This document shows, one piece after another, positions 26,670 to 39,772 of a stretch of DNA of 54,315 bases (its first letter is position 1; every line of letters begins with the position of its first letter). Origin of the DNA: Girardia tigrina (lineage: Eukaryota); assembly GCA_001938485.1 (NCBI GenBank), contig MQRK01245379.1, forward strand, positions 1 through 54,315, read 5' to 3'. Both the position numbers and the translations under genes were made by a program. The notes beneath the pieces are model-generated. The model saw only the letters and a program-made list of their open reading frames with translations. It was not told the origin of the DNA and made no database searches.

Positions 26670-27226
26670 TAGTAACAAAAGGTGACGAAAAGCAATAATC
26701 TTTTTAAACAATAAATAATCTTACAAAGATGTAAATTAAAATAAATATTATTCATGGATTAAGAATTGTTAGCCATAGACGTTCTCCAACTTGTAGGAAC
26801 TTATTACATACCCTTCACACAAAGGCTAATTCAAATTTAATATTATTTCACTAAAAAAACCGAAAATATTTTGTTCGTATTTGAAATAGAAATTCAAGAA
26901 CTAATTCAAAAGACTTTTGAAAATAGAAATACATTTAATATTAAATTGAAATACAGAATATTATGTGGTTTTTTGACAAGTGCATTACGAACAGTCAAGT
27001 CTCCAAATCGAACCAAAGATTTTATTTTTATTTTAGTAAATTATTCCGAGTTCCGTTGTTAATTTTGATCAATTTAGGCTCGTAAGAGAAAGAAAAAAAA
27101 TAGGAAAAGGAAACAATTAATTTTAACATAAGTCTAAAATATGGTAAATTCTTTAAAATAATTTGAAAAGTTGTTTATATATTTGATATACCATATAATT
27201 AAATCTTACCACTTGAATAAATACTT

Positions 27227-30200
27227 TTAGCATGGTAAACCGAGGACATTGCGTGGAATAGGATCAGTATTGAATGGTGGTAATTTATTTCCTGGTAAAA
27301 TAGGTATTTTACCTGTATAACCAACGAACACAGGCTTCCTATAAAATTAAAACTGCTTGAAATATCATTACATTATTTAATCGCAGATAAAAATTGATAA
27401 GTGCATTCGATAAAAGAGTGAAATTCAGTTTTCAAAATCAAAAAGAATTATAAAATAAATTACATTATGTTTGTTTTAACCCCGTTCGACAATTCATTTT
27501 TTGATTTTTAAATAAAAGTGGTCGAATTAGTAAATAAAAAATGTTTTATGTTACTTATCGACAAATTATCACTTATTCCAACCGAAGAGCTACCGAACAT
27601 CAAATTCTTAACCCTTCGTAACATGGTGTGACACTTCTGTAACAAACCGTTGTAACTCTTACATGATCTCTAACTATTAACATATCACATTTTAAATCAC
27701 TGTTGCATATCTGTTACACACCGATCTATACAAACAAATAAATAAAAACAAAAAATACGTGTTTCATTATTTACAAAAAGCTACTGTTTCACACAATATT
27801 TATGTTTTTTAAGATATTGAGTTACGAAGGGTTAAGAACGACAGTTGGATTTTGCCAATGAAATAACCTTGATTTTAACTTTAGATTTTAACAATGACAA
27901 ATCTTTTAAATAATCAAAAACACCATTTGGGTTCGAAAAATGTATTAATTTAAAATTTCTTTTATATTCGAAATACATTTTGGTGAATGTACATTTTTTA
28001 CGTACATAATAAGAATTTTATGTACATAACATGACGGCAAATGAACCAACTAAATTGAAAAATATCACAACACCCGATGAAATTCCCCACAAAAACGACA
28101 TAATACTCCAATCGGAATTCCTCGTCAAACACAACATATAATATTTATTGTGTTTTATATTGACCGAAAAACTTTTACAAAAGTCAACGAATGCAAATTA
28201 TCGCATAAATTTCCGGTAAAGATATCGAAACAGCCGATCGAGATGCACCATCAAACATTGTAATTCAGAAAGGTTTATGTCCGGTTTATTGTGAAGGAAA
28301 AACGACATTGTACGACATTGAACAATTACATCACTAATGTGATGGGATAACTATATTGACACGGTTCTTCTGTCCATAGTCGGTACTCTCGTCTTCCAGA
28401 CATTCTGCTTCATGTCAATGAATAAATCTGACGACATAGACAAATCGGCAGTCACCACGAAACTCGGATTTATCAATCGGCACTTTCTGGTGAGAAATTG
28501 ATTGTCGCAGGCCCACCTTGTGCTGTTCTCGGTCGCCAAAATGTTCTACGAGTCCGTGTACGGCGAGGCCACCCGCCGACCGCTCACCAACCTCAACCGC
28601 TGGTTCCGGACGATATACTTGGGCTGTCTAATAAGTTCCCTGAATTGTTTAAAATAACTGACTTCTATGAAAAATTCCAAACAATTCTATATTATATTTA
28701 AACTACATAAGTTCCATGATTAATTACAACTAGTTTGCAATGTTCATACAATGATAACAATTCTTGACGAAACTTCTCTTCAGGGAGACCACGGAGCACC
28801 TGCACCGCTCTTCCTTTCACCTCATCACCGTCCACGAATTTCTGCCCTCGAAATGAATGTTTCAGGTGCTTGAACGCCCATCGATTACACTGATTCATGC
28901 CAGGGCTATATGAGCTTTGTTTGATGAGTATCACTCCACCATGATGAAAGAATTCTATTGTTTCTTTTGATGTGTGAGGGCGTGCGTTATCGTGTTTCCA
29001 CAATAATTCCGTGAGCTTTTTGGGATGTCTGCGAACATGTCGCCATTTTTCCCCAGTTGAACGAACAAATTCCACATAACGCTCTGAGTTCACAGTCTCT
29101 CCAGGAGAGCAAATGTCAGCACTTATCTTTTGATCACCAGTGAATGCCATCAAGAGAAGAGTTTTCTTGTTTGTCAGCTTCGGGCGGACAACAGTGAGTT
29201 TTGGTTGTGTGGGATGACGCCATGCCTGATTCGGCTGTTTCGTCAGTGCTGTTTCATACAGAAACCAACTCTCATCCTCTGTCGCCCAATGGTGTAACAG
29301 ATAATCGATGGAATGGTTTTCAAATAAAGCGATGATGCTTTGTGCACACAAAATCCTGTCCCGTTTGTTTGCTTCTGAGAGGTGATGTGTAATCTATGTC
29401 GAACAAATCTTTCGCAATTCAAGCTGATTTGTGAAAATCTGTCTAACAGTATCTTTAGACAGGCCAGTCGATTCACTCACTGCTCTAAGAGATGTCCTTG
29501 GTTCTTCATGGAATGCAAAATATATGGGCGAAGTATTTAGGAACAGGAGAAGTGAAAGATCAGCCACGTGGAGGCAGACCTCATAAACTAAGCACCAGAT
29601 CAGAAAGAGTGATTAAACGCATAAGTCGACTTACTTATGGCTATTGAGGAAGAAGAATTAAATATCCTTGTAATATTTAACGTGGAAATATCATTGTTTA
29701 AACGACTTATGCGTTTAATCACTCTTTCTGATCTGGCACTTAGTTTATGAGGTCTGCCTCCACGAGGCTGATCTTTCACTTCTCCTGTTTTTAAATACTT
29801 CACCCATATTTTTTGCATTCCACCTTTTGAAATATTTCTATTATATCTTGTAAATAGTTCGACCTTTATTTGATTCCATGTACTTTCTTCATTTTTAAGC
29901 GCAATAATAATTCCACGCTCAAATTCACTAAATACTCTTGACATTTAATCTATCTAAAATTTAAAAAAATAAGTCATTAATGAAAATTTCAATATTTAAC
30001 ATATAAATTCAAATGTGTAGCATAAAACAACTATATATAAACAAATATTCAAAATTAATATGACATCAAATTTTTAGTTAGAAAATAAGTAATCAAAATA
30101 TGAGGGGTGAACAGACTCATACTGTATAATCGATTATAAAATTGACGCCGTATTACACAGGCTGACAATATTGGAATTAAAAAAAATTTTAAAGACAAAG

Positions 30201-33200
30201 TATCAGAAAAGATTAATACCTGAAAAAACAAACGGTGAAAATGTGGAATATAAAAAGGGGAAATCCCAAACCACCAAATGTCAAGATTGCGCAAAATCGG
30301 ATAATTAAACCATGGACACAAATCAACATTAAACATATCAGTAACCCTATTCTTTCGATTGGTTTTCTGATAATTTTAGAGATTGGTATATTTCTAAATT
30401 TGAAGTGTATGGTCACCAGTTGTGAGAATTGTGGGCAACAGTTGAGTGAAACGGAATAGATGTTAGTCAAATTGAAATTGTTCGTCAAGAGTAATTGTAT
30501 GATGTTAATAAATAGATGCATTAAATATTGACTTTTTAAAATATTATGTGTATAACTTAGTTTTTTGGATTTTCTAAGAGATGGTGTAACCTTTGTAATA
30601 ATCATTATTTTACAGTCGTACGTACAGATTTTTAAAGTGCTGAAATCGAGGCATTAAAATTAAGTANNNNNNNNNNNNNNNNNNNNNNNNNNNNNNNNNN
30701 NNNNNNNNNNNNNNNNNNNNNNNNNNNNNNNNNNNNNNNNNNNNNNNNNNNNNNNNNNNNNNNNNNNNNNNNNNNNNNNNNNNNNNNNNNNNNNNNNNNN
30801 NNNNNNNNNNNNNNNNNNNNNNNNNNNNNNNNNNNNNNNNNNNNNNNNNNNNNNNNNNNNNNNNNNNNNNNNNNNNNNNNNNNNNNNNNNNNNNNNNNNN
30901 NNNNNNNNNNNNNNNNNNNNNNNNNNNNNNNNNNNNNNNNNNNNNNNNNNNNNNNNNNNNNNNNNNNNNNNNNNNNNNNNNNNNNNNNNNNNNNNNNNNN
31001 NNNNNNNNNNNNNNNNNNNNNNNNNNNNNNNNNNNNNNNNNNNNNNNNNNNNNNNNNNNNNNNNNNNNNNNNNNNNNNNNNNNNNNNNNNNNNNNNNNNN
31101 NNNNNNNNNNNNNNNNNNNNNNNNGTAAACGTCTACATGCTATGAAAATGATTCAAAAAGAAGGAAAATGGATACCACATGAATTGAATCAAGCCAACAT
31201 TGAAAGTCGATTACTGATATTCAATTCATTGTTTACAAGACAATGAAGATGGTCGTTTTTGCATAATATTGTGACTGGAAATGAAAAATGGATTTATTAT
31301 GTTAACTCTAAACGCAAGAAATCGTGGGTTCATCCCGGTGAACCGTCCACGTCAACAGCAAAAAGAAACATTCATGGTGGGATCAGAAAGGTGTACTGTA
31401 CTATGAGCTGCTGAATTCGAATGAAACTGGTAATGCAGAACGTTACCAACAACAGTTAATGAAATTGAACGATGCATTGAAGGAAAACGTCCTATTCCAG
31501 CCAACAAACAGCGCACAGTGATATTGCTCCATGACAATGCTCGGCCACATGTCGCAAAACAAATAAAAAACACGTTGGAAGCACTTAAATGGGAAATTCT
31601 ACCGCATGCTGTCTATTCACCAGATTGTGCCCCATCAGATTATCATCTGTTCCGATCAATGCAAAGCGCTCTTCGGGACCAGCACTTCAGAAACCAGGAA
31701 CATATAAAAAAATGGCTGGAACAATGGATCGCATCAAAAGACCAAAACTTTTTTTTTCGATGGAATTCATAATTTGCCTGAAAGATGTTCGAAAGTCATA
31801 ATTAACGATGGAAAATATTTTGATTAGAATAAAACTTATTATGTCATATAAATAAACTTGTCTGTTCTGCAAAAAAATCCAAAAACCTAATACTTAAACT
31901 CCAAATAGTATCATTATTCAAAATTTTTAATGGTTTTTCTTGATACTTTTCATATAGTATTACTGATAGTAATATGAGTTTTCCGTTAATTGAAAAATTA
32001 TTTTATATTTCTTGAATTTTTTTGGTTTGTTTTTTTTTATTTTGAATAAATGTTATTTGAATCCTATTTGATCATAATGTTACGCAGTTTCCAAATTTTC
32101 GATCATTTCTTTTATTTTTTGCAGAAAATATACATTATTTAGATGTATACAATTAAACTATCAATATTAAAGAATCTGCATTTATCTTACTCAGTGCAAT
32201 CTGCAAATTTAGGTACGTCTGATCTTAGTACAGTAAATGGTTTAAAATCTTTAACATTAGGGTTATCTATGTCTTCTTTGTTATAAGCACCAATACAGCC
32301 ACTAAATATGAAAACATAGGTTAATTAAAATTCGATTTCAGGAGACAAATCACCTGTATGTAGGAATTTGACTTCCTCTTGGGTTTGGAGAACAACTTTA
32401 TAAAATAAGAAAATATGTTATTAAAATTCAATCATTATAACTTTAATAAAAAGCTTACAAATCATGAGGTCGTTTTAATAGAAAGTGATCTGGCCTTAAT
32501 TGTTCTGATTCAAACTGTTCTAAATTGACATTTTTCTGAATGTTAAGAAGTTGTATTAATGACAATATTGAATTTTTAATTTAATTAATTCATTAAATAA
32601 TAATAATAATAAAAATAATAATAATTCATATAAATATTTGAAAAATGATTATAAGTTATCTTTAAAAGACAAAAAACCATCATCAAAATTTATTGCGATT
32701 AATTTTGATGGATCAACGGTCACCATCAGGCCAAACTAGATTCATACGAATAAACTGATCAATACTAATAATACATAGAAGGATTGTTAACGCAATCATT
32801 TAGTAATCACGAAAACTTCAGAATATTTTCAATAAAGTAGAAGAAAATCGTGTTTGCACATTAATTTTTGTATCAAGAGTCTTAATCATCAGTACTTCAC
32901 ACATCACACTATCTCAGTAATTATCAAACCTTTTTTGAATTACATGAATTCTCTTTATTCAAACATCAGTTTAACATTTGAATATGAAAACAATAATTGT
33001 AATGAAAGTATGGATAAATTGATGGATTTATTAAGTATAAATGGGTATTCTAAATCGATTATAGAAAGATTACCTAGAGAAAGCATGGATAAATTAATTA
33101 TATCAAAAAAAGATAATGATAATATTACTGATGAAAATAAAAATGATCAGAACTCAGATAACAACAAAATTATTAATTTGGGATTTGTTTGAAAGATACC

Positions 33201-36200
33201 TTTTTCTGAAAGTTTCAAAAAATTCAAGAATTCGAATAAAAAAAATTGACAAAGATAGTTTATTAAACCTAACAATCCTTTCTAAGTCTAGAAAAATAGG
33301 AAGTATATTAGGTTGGTCGAAAAATAATGGCGGTTTTTGAGCTTTATACTTTGTTTATCTACTTTGAAATGTATATAAGTTTAAATGCATTAGTGTTAGA
33401 TATTATTTGAAATCTTATGCCTNNNNNNNNNNNNNNNNNNNNNNNNNNNNNNNNNNNNNNNNNNNNNNNNNNNNNNNNNNNNNNNNNNNNNNNNNNNNNN
33501 NNNNNNNNNNNNNNNNNNNNNNNNNNNNNNNNNNNNNNNNNNNNNNNNNNNNNNNNNNNNNNNNNNNNNNNNNNNNNNNNNNNNNNNNNNNNNNNNNNNN
33601 NNNNNNNNNNNNNNNNNNNNNNNNNNNNNNNNNNNNNNNNNNNNNNNNNNNNNNNNNNNNNNNNNNNNNNNNNNNNNNNNNNNNNNNNNNNNNNNNNNNN
33701 NNNNNNNNNNNNNNNNNNNNNNNNNNNNNNNNNNNNNNNNNNNNNNNNNNNNNNNNNNNNNNNNNNNNNNNNNNNNNNNNNNNNNNNNNNNNNNNNNNNN
33801 NNNNNNNNNNNNNNNNNNNNNNNNNNNNNNNNNNNNNNNNNNNNNNNNNNNNNNNNNNNNNNNNNNNNNNNNNNNNNNNNNNNNNNNNNNNNNNNNNNNN
33901 NNNNNNNNNNNNNNNNNNNNNNNNNNNNNNNNNNNNNNNNNNNNNNNNNNNNNNNNNNNNNNNNNNNNNNNNNNNNNNNNNNNNNNNNNNNNNNNNNNNN
34001 NNNNNNNNNNNNNNNNNNNNNNNNNNNNNNNNNNNNNNNNNNNNNNNNNNNNNNNNNNNNNNNNNNNNNNNNNNNNNNNNNNNNNNNNNNNNNNNNNNNN
34101 NNNNNNNNNNNNNNNNNNNNNNNNNNNNNNNNNNNNNNNNNNNNNNNNNNNNNNNNNNNNNNNNNNNNNNNNNNNNNNNNNNNNNNNNNNNNNNNNNNNN
34201 NNNNNNNNNNNNNNNNNNNNNNNNNNNNNNNNNNNGCTTCGAGAACCGATGCATTTTATGCTGATGGAATAAAACAACTTGTTTCTCGTTGGCAAAAATG
34301 TATTGATGCCAACGGTTCATACTTTGATTAAAAAACTTTTGTTTCTGTGAATTTTCACGTCTTTGAAGTTTGTGTCCCAAAACCGCCATTATTTTTCGAC
34401 CAACCTAATATTTAGTAGTAAATAAACCACTCCTATCCGTTTACGTTCCAATTTGTTTTTACCGCTGCTTCATTTAACTACTGTTTCTGATGAAAAAGCT
34501 TCTTTAAACCTCAGATTTCTGTACGTAATTGAAAAAATTTCTCTACTTATTGGAAGCCAACAAAACCATCTTACTTGGTTTTGTTTCGCCTCGTAGTGTC
34601 ATTTGATGTTGTGTTCTTAAAATATAACAAACATAACCACTGTTTCTTCACAGACAAGTTAAAGTACTTTTTCTTCCAGATTTACAAACAAATATGAACT
34701 TGTCTACTTATCTTGAAACATTCGATATTCAGAATCAACTCTTCCCTTTTCTACTATGAAAGCCTTTCTAATAAGTTAAAGAATATACTCTAAAAACAAG
34801 CTATAAACTAAAACATGTCAAGAAATAAAAAAATGTGATGAAAACTTTCATTAAAAAAGTAGTACAGTGGCACAGAAGATCTTCAAGTGACAGAAGTAAA
34901 AAATCAATGAACTTGTGCCAATTGAGACGACTATTAAAACAAGTAACATTCACAATGATTTTCTGTGTCATATTTTCAATAAAAGTGTTTAATTTTTTTA
35001 AATGTTTTATCGAAATTTTGATGCGTTGAAGAAATTTACTCTAGTCCTTCACATAACATTATAGTTTTTGATATTTCTCAACACTAATTTATAATTCTGT
35101 AAATTTAAATTAAAAATATAAAAAAAATATCACCAATCTTAATTAGATAACATAATTACTAAAGGATGGCATAATCACTGCTTGTCTATATAAACAGACT
35201 TAAAATTCACATTTTCTTGATGAACTACTGAAGACGCTTATTTTCTTCGATAATGGTATTAGGAAGTTGACATAAAGATGAGAAAAGTGTGTGAAACTGA
35301 ATGGTGATTATATTGAAAAGTTCGATAGCGATTCTGATGAGGATTGATCAATTTTGTTAACTGGAATAAACTTTTTGAATTTGTTGTTACTTATCAGTCC
35401 GCTAACTTTTGGGACCCCTCTCGTAATAATGATAATTACACACTCATCACTTTATTAAAGTTATTGGATGACCCGAACTTTAAAAAAATTCCCAAAGGAA
35501 AATTTTTATGTATAGACATATATTTAATCAACAATGTAAACACATTTTTTCCGCAATCATTTTCAATCTTTTTTTACTGAAAAATTCGATCTATCAAACA
35601 TTTTTTAGGTTTGTCAGTAAAAAACTGTTTAAGATGGGATTTCAGAACATCCAAAGACTCCAAGTTGTTGTCGTTAAAATAAATTTGCAGTGACATAAAA
35701 GGTAATAGTCGGAAGGAATAATGTGAGGTAATTTGAGGGGTGAGGTAGCACATCCCAGTCAAGGCCCAACAAATTTTCCTCGTAACCAAAGAGACATGTA
35801 GTATGGCACTGACATGATGCAACACAACACTCTTCCTGCTTGCTAATTCTGGACGTTTTCCTGGATCGATGTCTTTAATTCATTCAGTTGGGAACAGTAA
35901 TTGTCTGAATTAATAGTCTTATTAATTCTTAGATCTTATCTTACCATAAGATCTTTTTCGCTTCACATTGTTATAAACGATTCATTTTTCATCATCCGTC
36001 ACTATTTGCTTCTAAAACGATACATCTTCGTTGCGTTTGTAAAACGAATCACAAATGAATATGCGATCAATCAGATTTTTTTCTCAGATAACATGGAACC
36101 CATAAATCGTATCAATTCATGTAATTGTGCTTCACTAAAAGCTCATCGACAGTAGTTTTCGATATATTCAGCATTTCTGCTAATTTACGAGTCGCATAGT

Positions 36201-39200
36201 GAGGATTGATCTCGATTTGGGTTTGGAATAAGTCATCATCAGTGTTAGAGGATCTACCAGTGCACTCTTGGCCTTTGAGATTCAAATCACTATTCAAATC
36301 AACTTATTAGGTTGATGCAAAATAAATGTCGTTTTTTAACCGTCAACTTTAAATTAACATAACTTTCTTTAGAATTAACTTTATTAGTCAAAATAAAAAC
36401 CATTCCATGGAACACACTGTTGCCAACGGGTAATAAGTTTTTTTATTCCAGTTTCCTAAAATTCTGGAGTTCTGGAGGCGATGAAGTCGACCAAGGATCT
36501 TTCAGCATCTCCTTGGTTTGTGAAGCATTTTTCACGAAGGAACTACCTGAAATGTTTGAAAAGTCTGTAAGAGAAAGGTCTGGTGAGTACGGTGGATGAG
36601 GCAAAGTTTCATATTCAGTTCGTTTGACTTCAGTATGGTCTTTCTTGCAACATGTGGATGAGCTTTGTCATGTATAAGAATTGGCCCCTTTCTATTGAGT
36701 AATGCCGGCCGTTTTTTTTGTAGTTCTTGGTGCATTTTGTCAATTTGCTGACAATACTTTTCCGCTGTAATTGTTTCACCTTGTTTTAGGAGGCTGTAAT
36801 GGATCAAACCGTGTGCGGACCACCAAACAGTTACCATGATTTTTTGTGTAATTTTGGCTTCAGAAAGGCTTTGGAGCCTCATTGAAATCCAACCACTGAG
36901 CTGAACGTCGCCGATTGTCGTGTATGATCCATTTTTCATCCTACGTTACAATTCGATCCAGAAACGGGTCGCTTTGAATACGTAAAAGCAGAGAAGAACA
37001 CACGTTAAAACGACGATTTTTTCGATTTTCGTTTAATTCATGCAACACCCATTTGTCCAGCTTTTTCACTTTCCCGATTTTCTTAAGATGGCGAAAAACT
37101 GTTGATTGATGAACGTTGTGATCTTGAGCTACTTCCGGTGAATTTTTATGCGGGTCGGCATTGATTAACTTCTTCAAATGGTCGTCGTCAACTTGTGATG
37201 GTCGACTACCGTGTTCTTCATCTTCAAAGCTCTCGTTGCCACTACGAAACTTAGATAACCAACATTGTTCTGTTCGTAAATTAGTGGTATGTTGTCCAAA
37301 TACATTGTTAATATTCCGAGCCGTTTCTGTCACTTTTCGATCTAGTTTGAAATCGTAGAATAAAATTGTTCTCATTTCCTTCTTTTCTAACATTTCTAAA
37401 ATAAAATAAATACACCTGAAATTAACATCAATAATGTCAAACTTGGTATCAAAATATAGAGTCAAGTTTAAGCTTTAAAGTAAATTTAAATATGAATCTA
37501 TTTATCAATGATTTTCTATAATATTAGGGTGAGTCATAAGTTGTGGGGCACTCTTTCCAAAGTAATTATCTTTAATTACAACATGAATTGTCGAATCGAT
37601 ATTAATTGAATTTGTATATCGTAATAAAGCTCATAAACTGAAGTTTCAGTATTTGTAAGAAAATCATGATTTTATGTTGTTCATTCTAATTTTTTAAACA
37701 TTTTAGAAAATTATGGAAAAATTTGAAATTAGAGTACTTTTGAAATTTTTCTGGAAAAAAGGTCTGAGTTCAAGGGCTGCCGTAAAGGAAATTTCNNNNN
37801 NNNNNNNNNNNNNNNNNNNNNNNNNNNNNNNNNNNNNNNNNNNNNNNNNNNNNNNNNNNNNNNNNNNNNNNNNNNNNNNNNNNNNNNNNNNNNNNNNNNN
37901 NNNNNNNNNNNNNNNNNNNNNNNNNNNNNNNNNNNNNNNNNNNNNNNNNNNNNNNNNNNNNNNNNNNNNNNNNNNNNNNNNNNNNNNNNNNNNNNNNNNN
38001 NNNNNNNNNNNNNNNNNNNNNNNNNNNNNNNNNNNNNNNNNNNNNNNNNNNNNNNNNNNNNNNNNNNNNNNNNNNNNNNNNNNNNNNNNNNNNNNNNNNN
38101 NNNNNNNNNNNNNNNNNNNNNNNNNNNNNNNNNNNNNNNNNNNNNNNNNNNNNNNNNNNNNNNNNNNNNNNNNNNNNNNNNNNNNNNNNNNNNNNNNNNN
38201 NNNNNNNNNNNNNNNNNNNNNNNNNNNNNNNNNNNNNNNNNNNNNNNNNNNNNNNNNNNNNNNNNNNNNNNNNNNNNNNNNNNNNNNNNNNNNNNNNNNN
38301 NNNNNNNNNNNNNNNNNNNNNNNNNNNNNNNNNNNNNNNNNNNNNNNNNNNNNNNNNNNNNNNNNNNNNNNNNNNNNNNNNNNNNNNNNNNNNNNNNNNN
38401 NNNNNNNNNNNNNNNNNNNNNNNNNNNNNNNNNNNNNNNNNNNNNNNNNNNNNNNNNNNNNNNNNNNNNNNNNNNNNNNNNNNNNNNNTACAATGTATTG
38501 AACATAATGGACTTTATTTCGAATCATAATCTTTATTGTGCTTTGTTTTATGAACATTTTAATTTTTAATAAAAAGTGCCCCACAACTTATGACTCACCC
38601 TAATATTTCAAACAATCAATATTAAATACATTAAAAACGACATTTCTTTTGCATCAACCTAATACGAAACTGTTTTTTTCAGCTAAAACATGTTTTCTGT
38701 AAACAGTTTATGTCTTGTTTCTTGCTTCAGTAGCATTCTCGCGTTTCTGGAAGTAGAAAAGCATCAAGTGTCGAAAATGCTCCTTGTTTTCTTCCGTTTT
38801 CAAATCAGCACGTAGCAGATGCAAATCAACATAGACAAACATTTTTTTTCTAAAACGATGTCAAACTACCACTTTTCACGATACACAAACCATCTACATT
38901 TTTTCTAAGCCTATGATATATTCTGACACATATCAGTGTCATATTTAGACAATCGCATGAACTTTCTGAATAACTCGATATATAGAAGAAATGAACACAA
39001 TTAGATATTACTAAATATAAGAATTTGAATGAAATACAAAAAATCATTACTCTCCAACTATCGACCGAAGGGTAGCACTTTTTCTTTGCATATGCAGCTC
39101 TAATCGGATCTGGATGCGTTTCTATTGTACTGACAGGAGCCCACCTTCGAGGGTGTAAGTAACTGTCGAATGGAATGTCTTCATATGCTCTGGTTTACAT

Positions 39201-39738
39201 AATAAATTAAATAATAATGCAATCATATGATTCACTTCTGAGTAGTTGAAGTGTAGAGATATTTCAGTGCTTTCAGATCGGTGTCTGTTGCGTCAGGTGT
39301 GGCTTTTGGAAACTGATGATAAAAGTGATATAATTTAAATATTTTAACAAAATGGCATTAAAAATTAAATAATTTATACTATTAAATTTTTATATTTTAT
39401 TTGTATTTTTGATTTATATTACAAAAACATCTTCTTATTGAAAGAAATACATAGTTTAAATAATCAGATTTTTATGGGAAATTTAAATTATGTTATCAGA
39501 TAAATTTGTGAAACATAAATTATTTGTATTCGAATGATGGAAAATTCTAGGGACATTTACGAAATGAATTTATTTTTCCATATGTACTTAAAAGCATGAT
39601 GAAATTTTAACTGATGTTGAGAATCAGAATATTTCAAAACTCTTTTTTCTGCTTTAAAATTTAAGATCATATACGTAGATATCGGAACGGGTCTTTTTGG
39701 CGCCGTTTACTTTGGTAATTTTTAGAATTTTTTTGAAA

Positions 39739-39772
<34 letters not shown>

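Larger units (their letters stand above)
35464..38978 (-). mobile_element. Old mellifera-like mariner, split by nested insertions (outer element)
   Basis: N-terminus EENKEHFRHLMLFYF at about 38665-38795 continues at 36304 into the HTH, LWVP and IVTDDEK region. Termini are decayed. Confidence 0.85.

Noticed and set aside
30100-30480. Possible Gypsy integrase remnant (CQDC, KPWTQINI)
   Set aside because: The motifs lie in different frames and no catalytic residues are identifiable.
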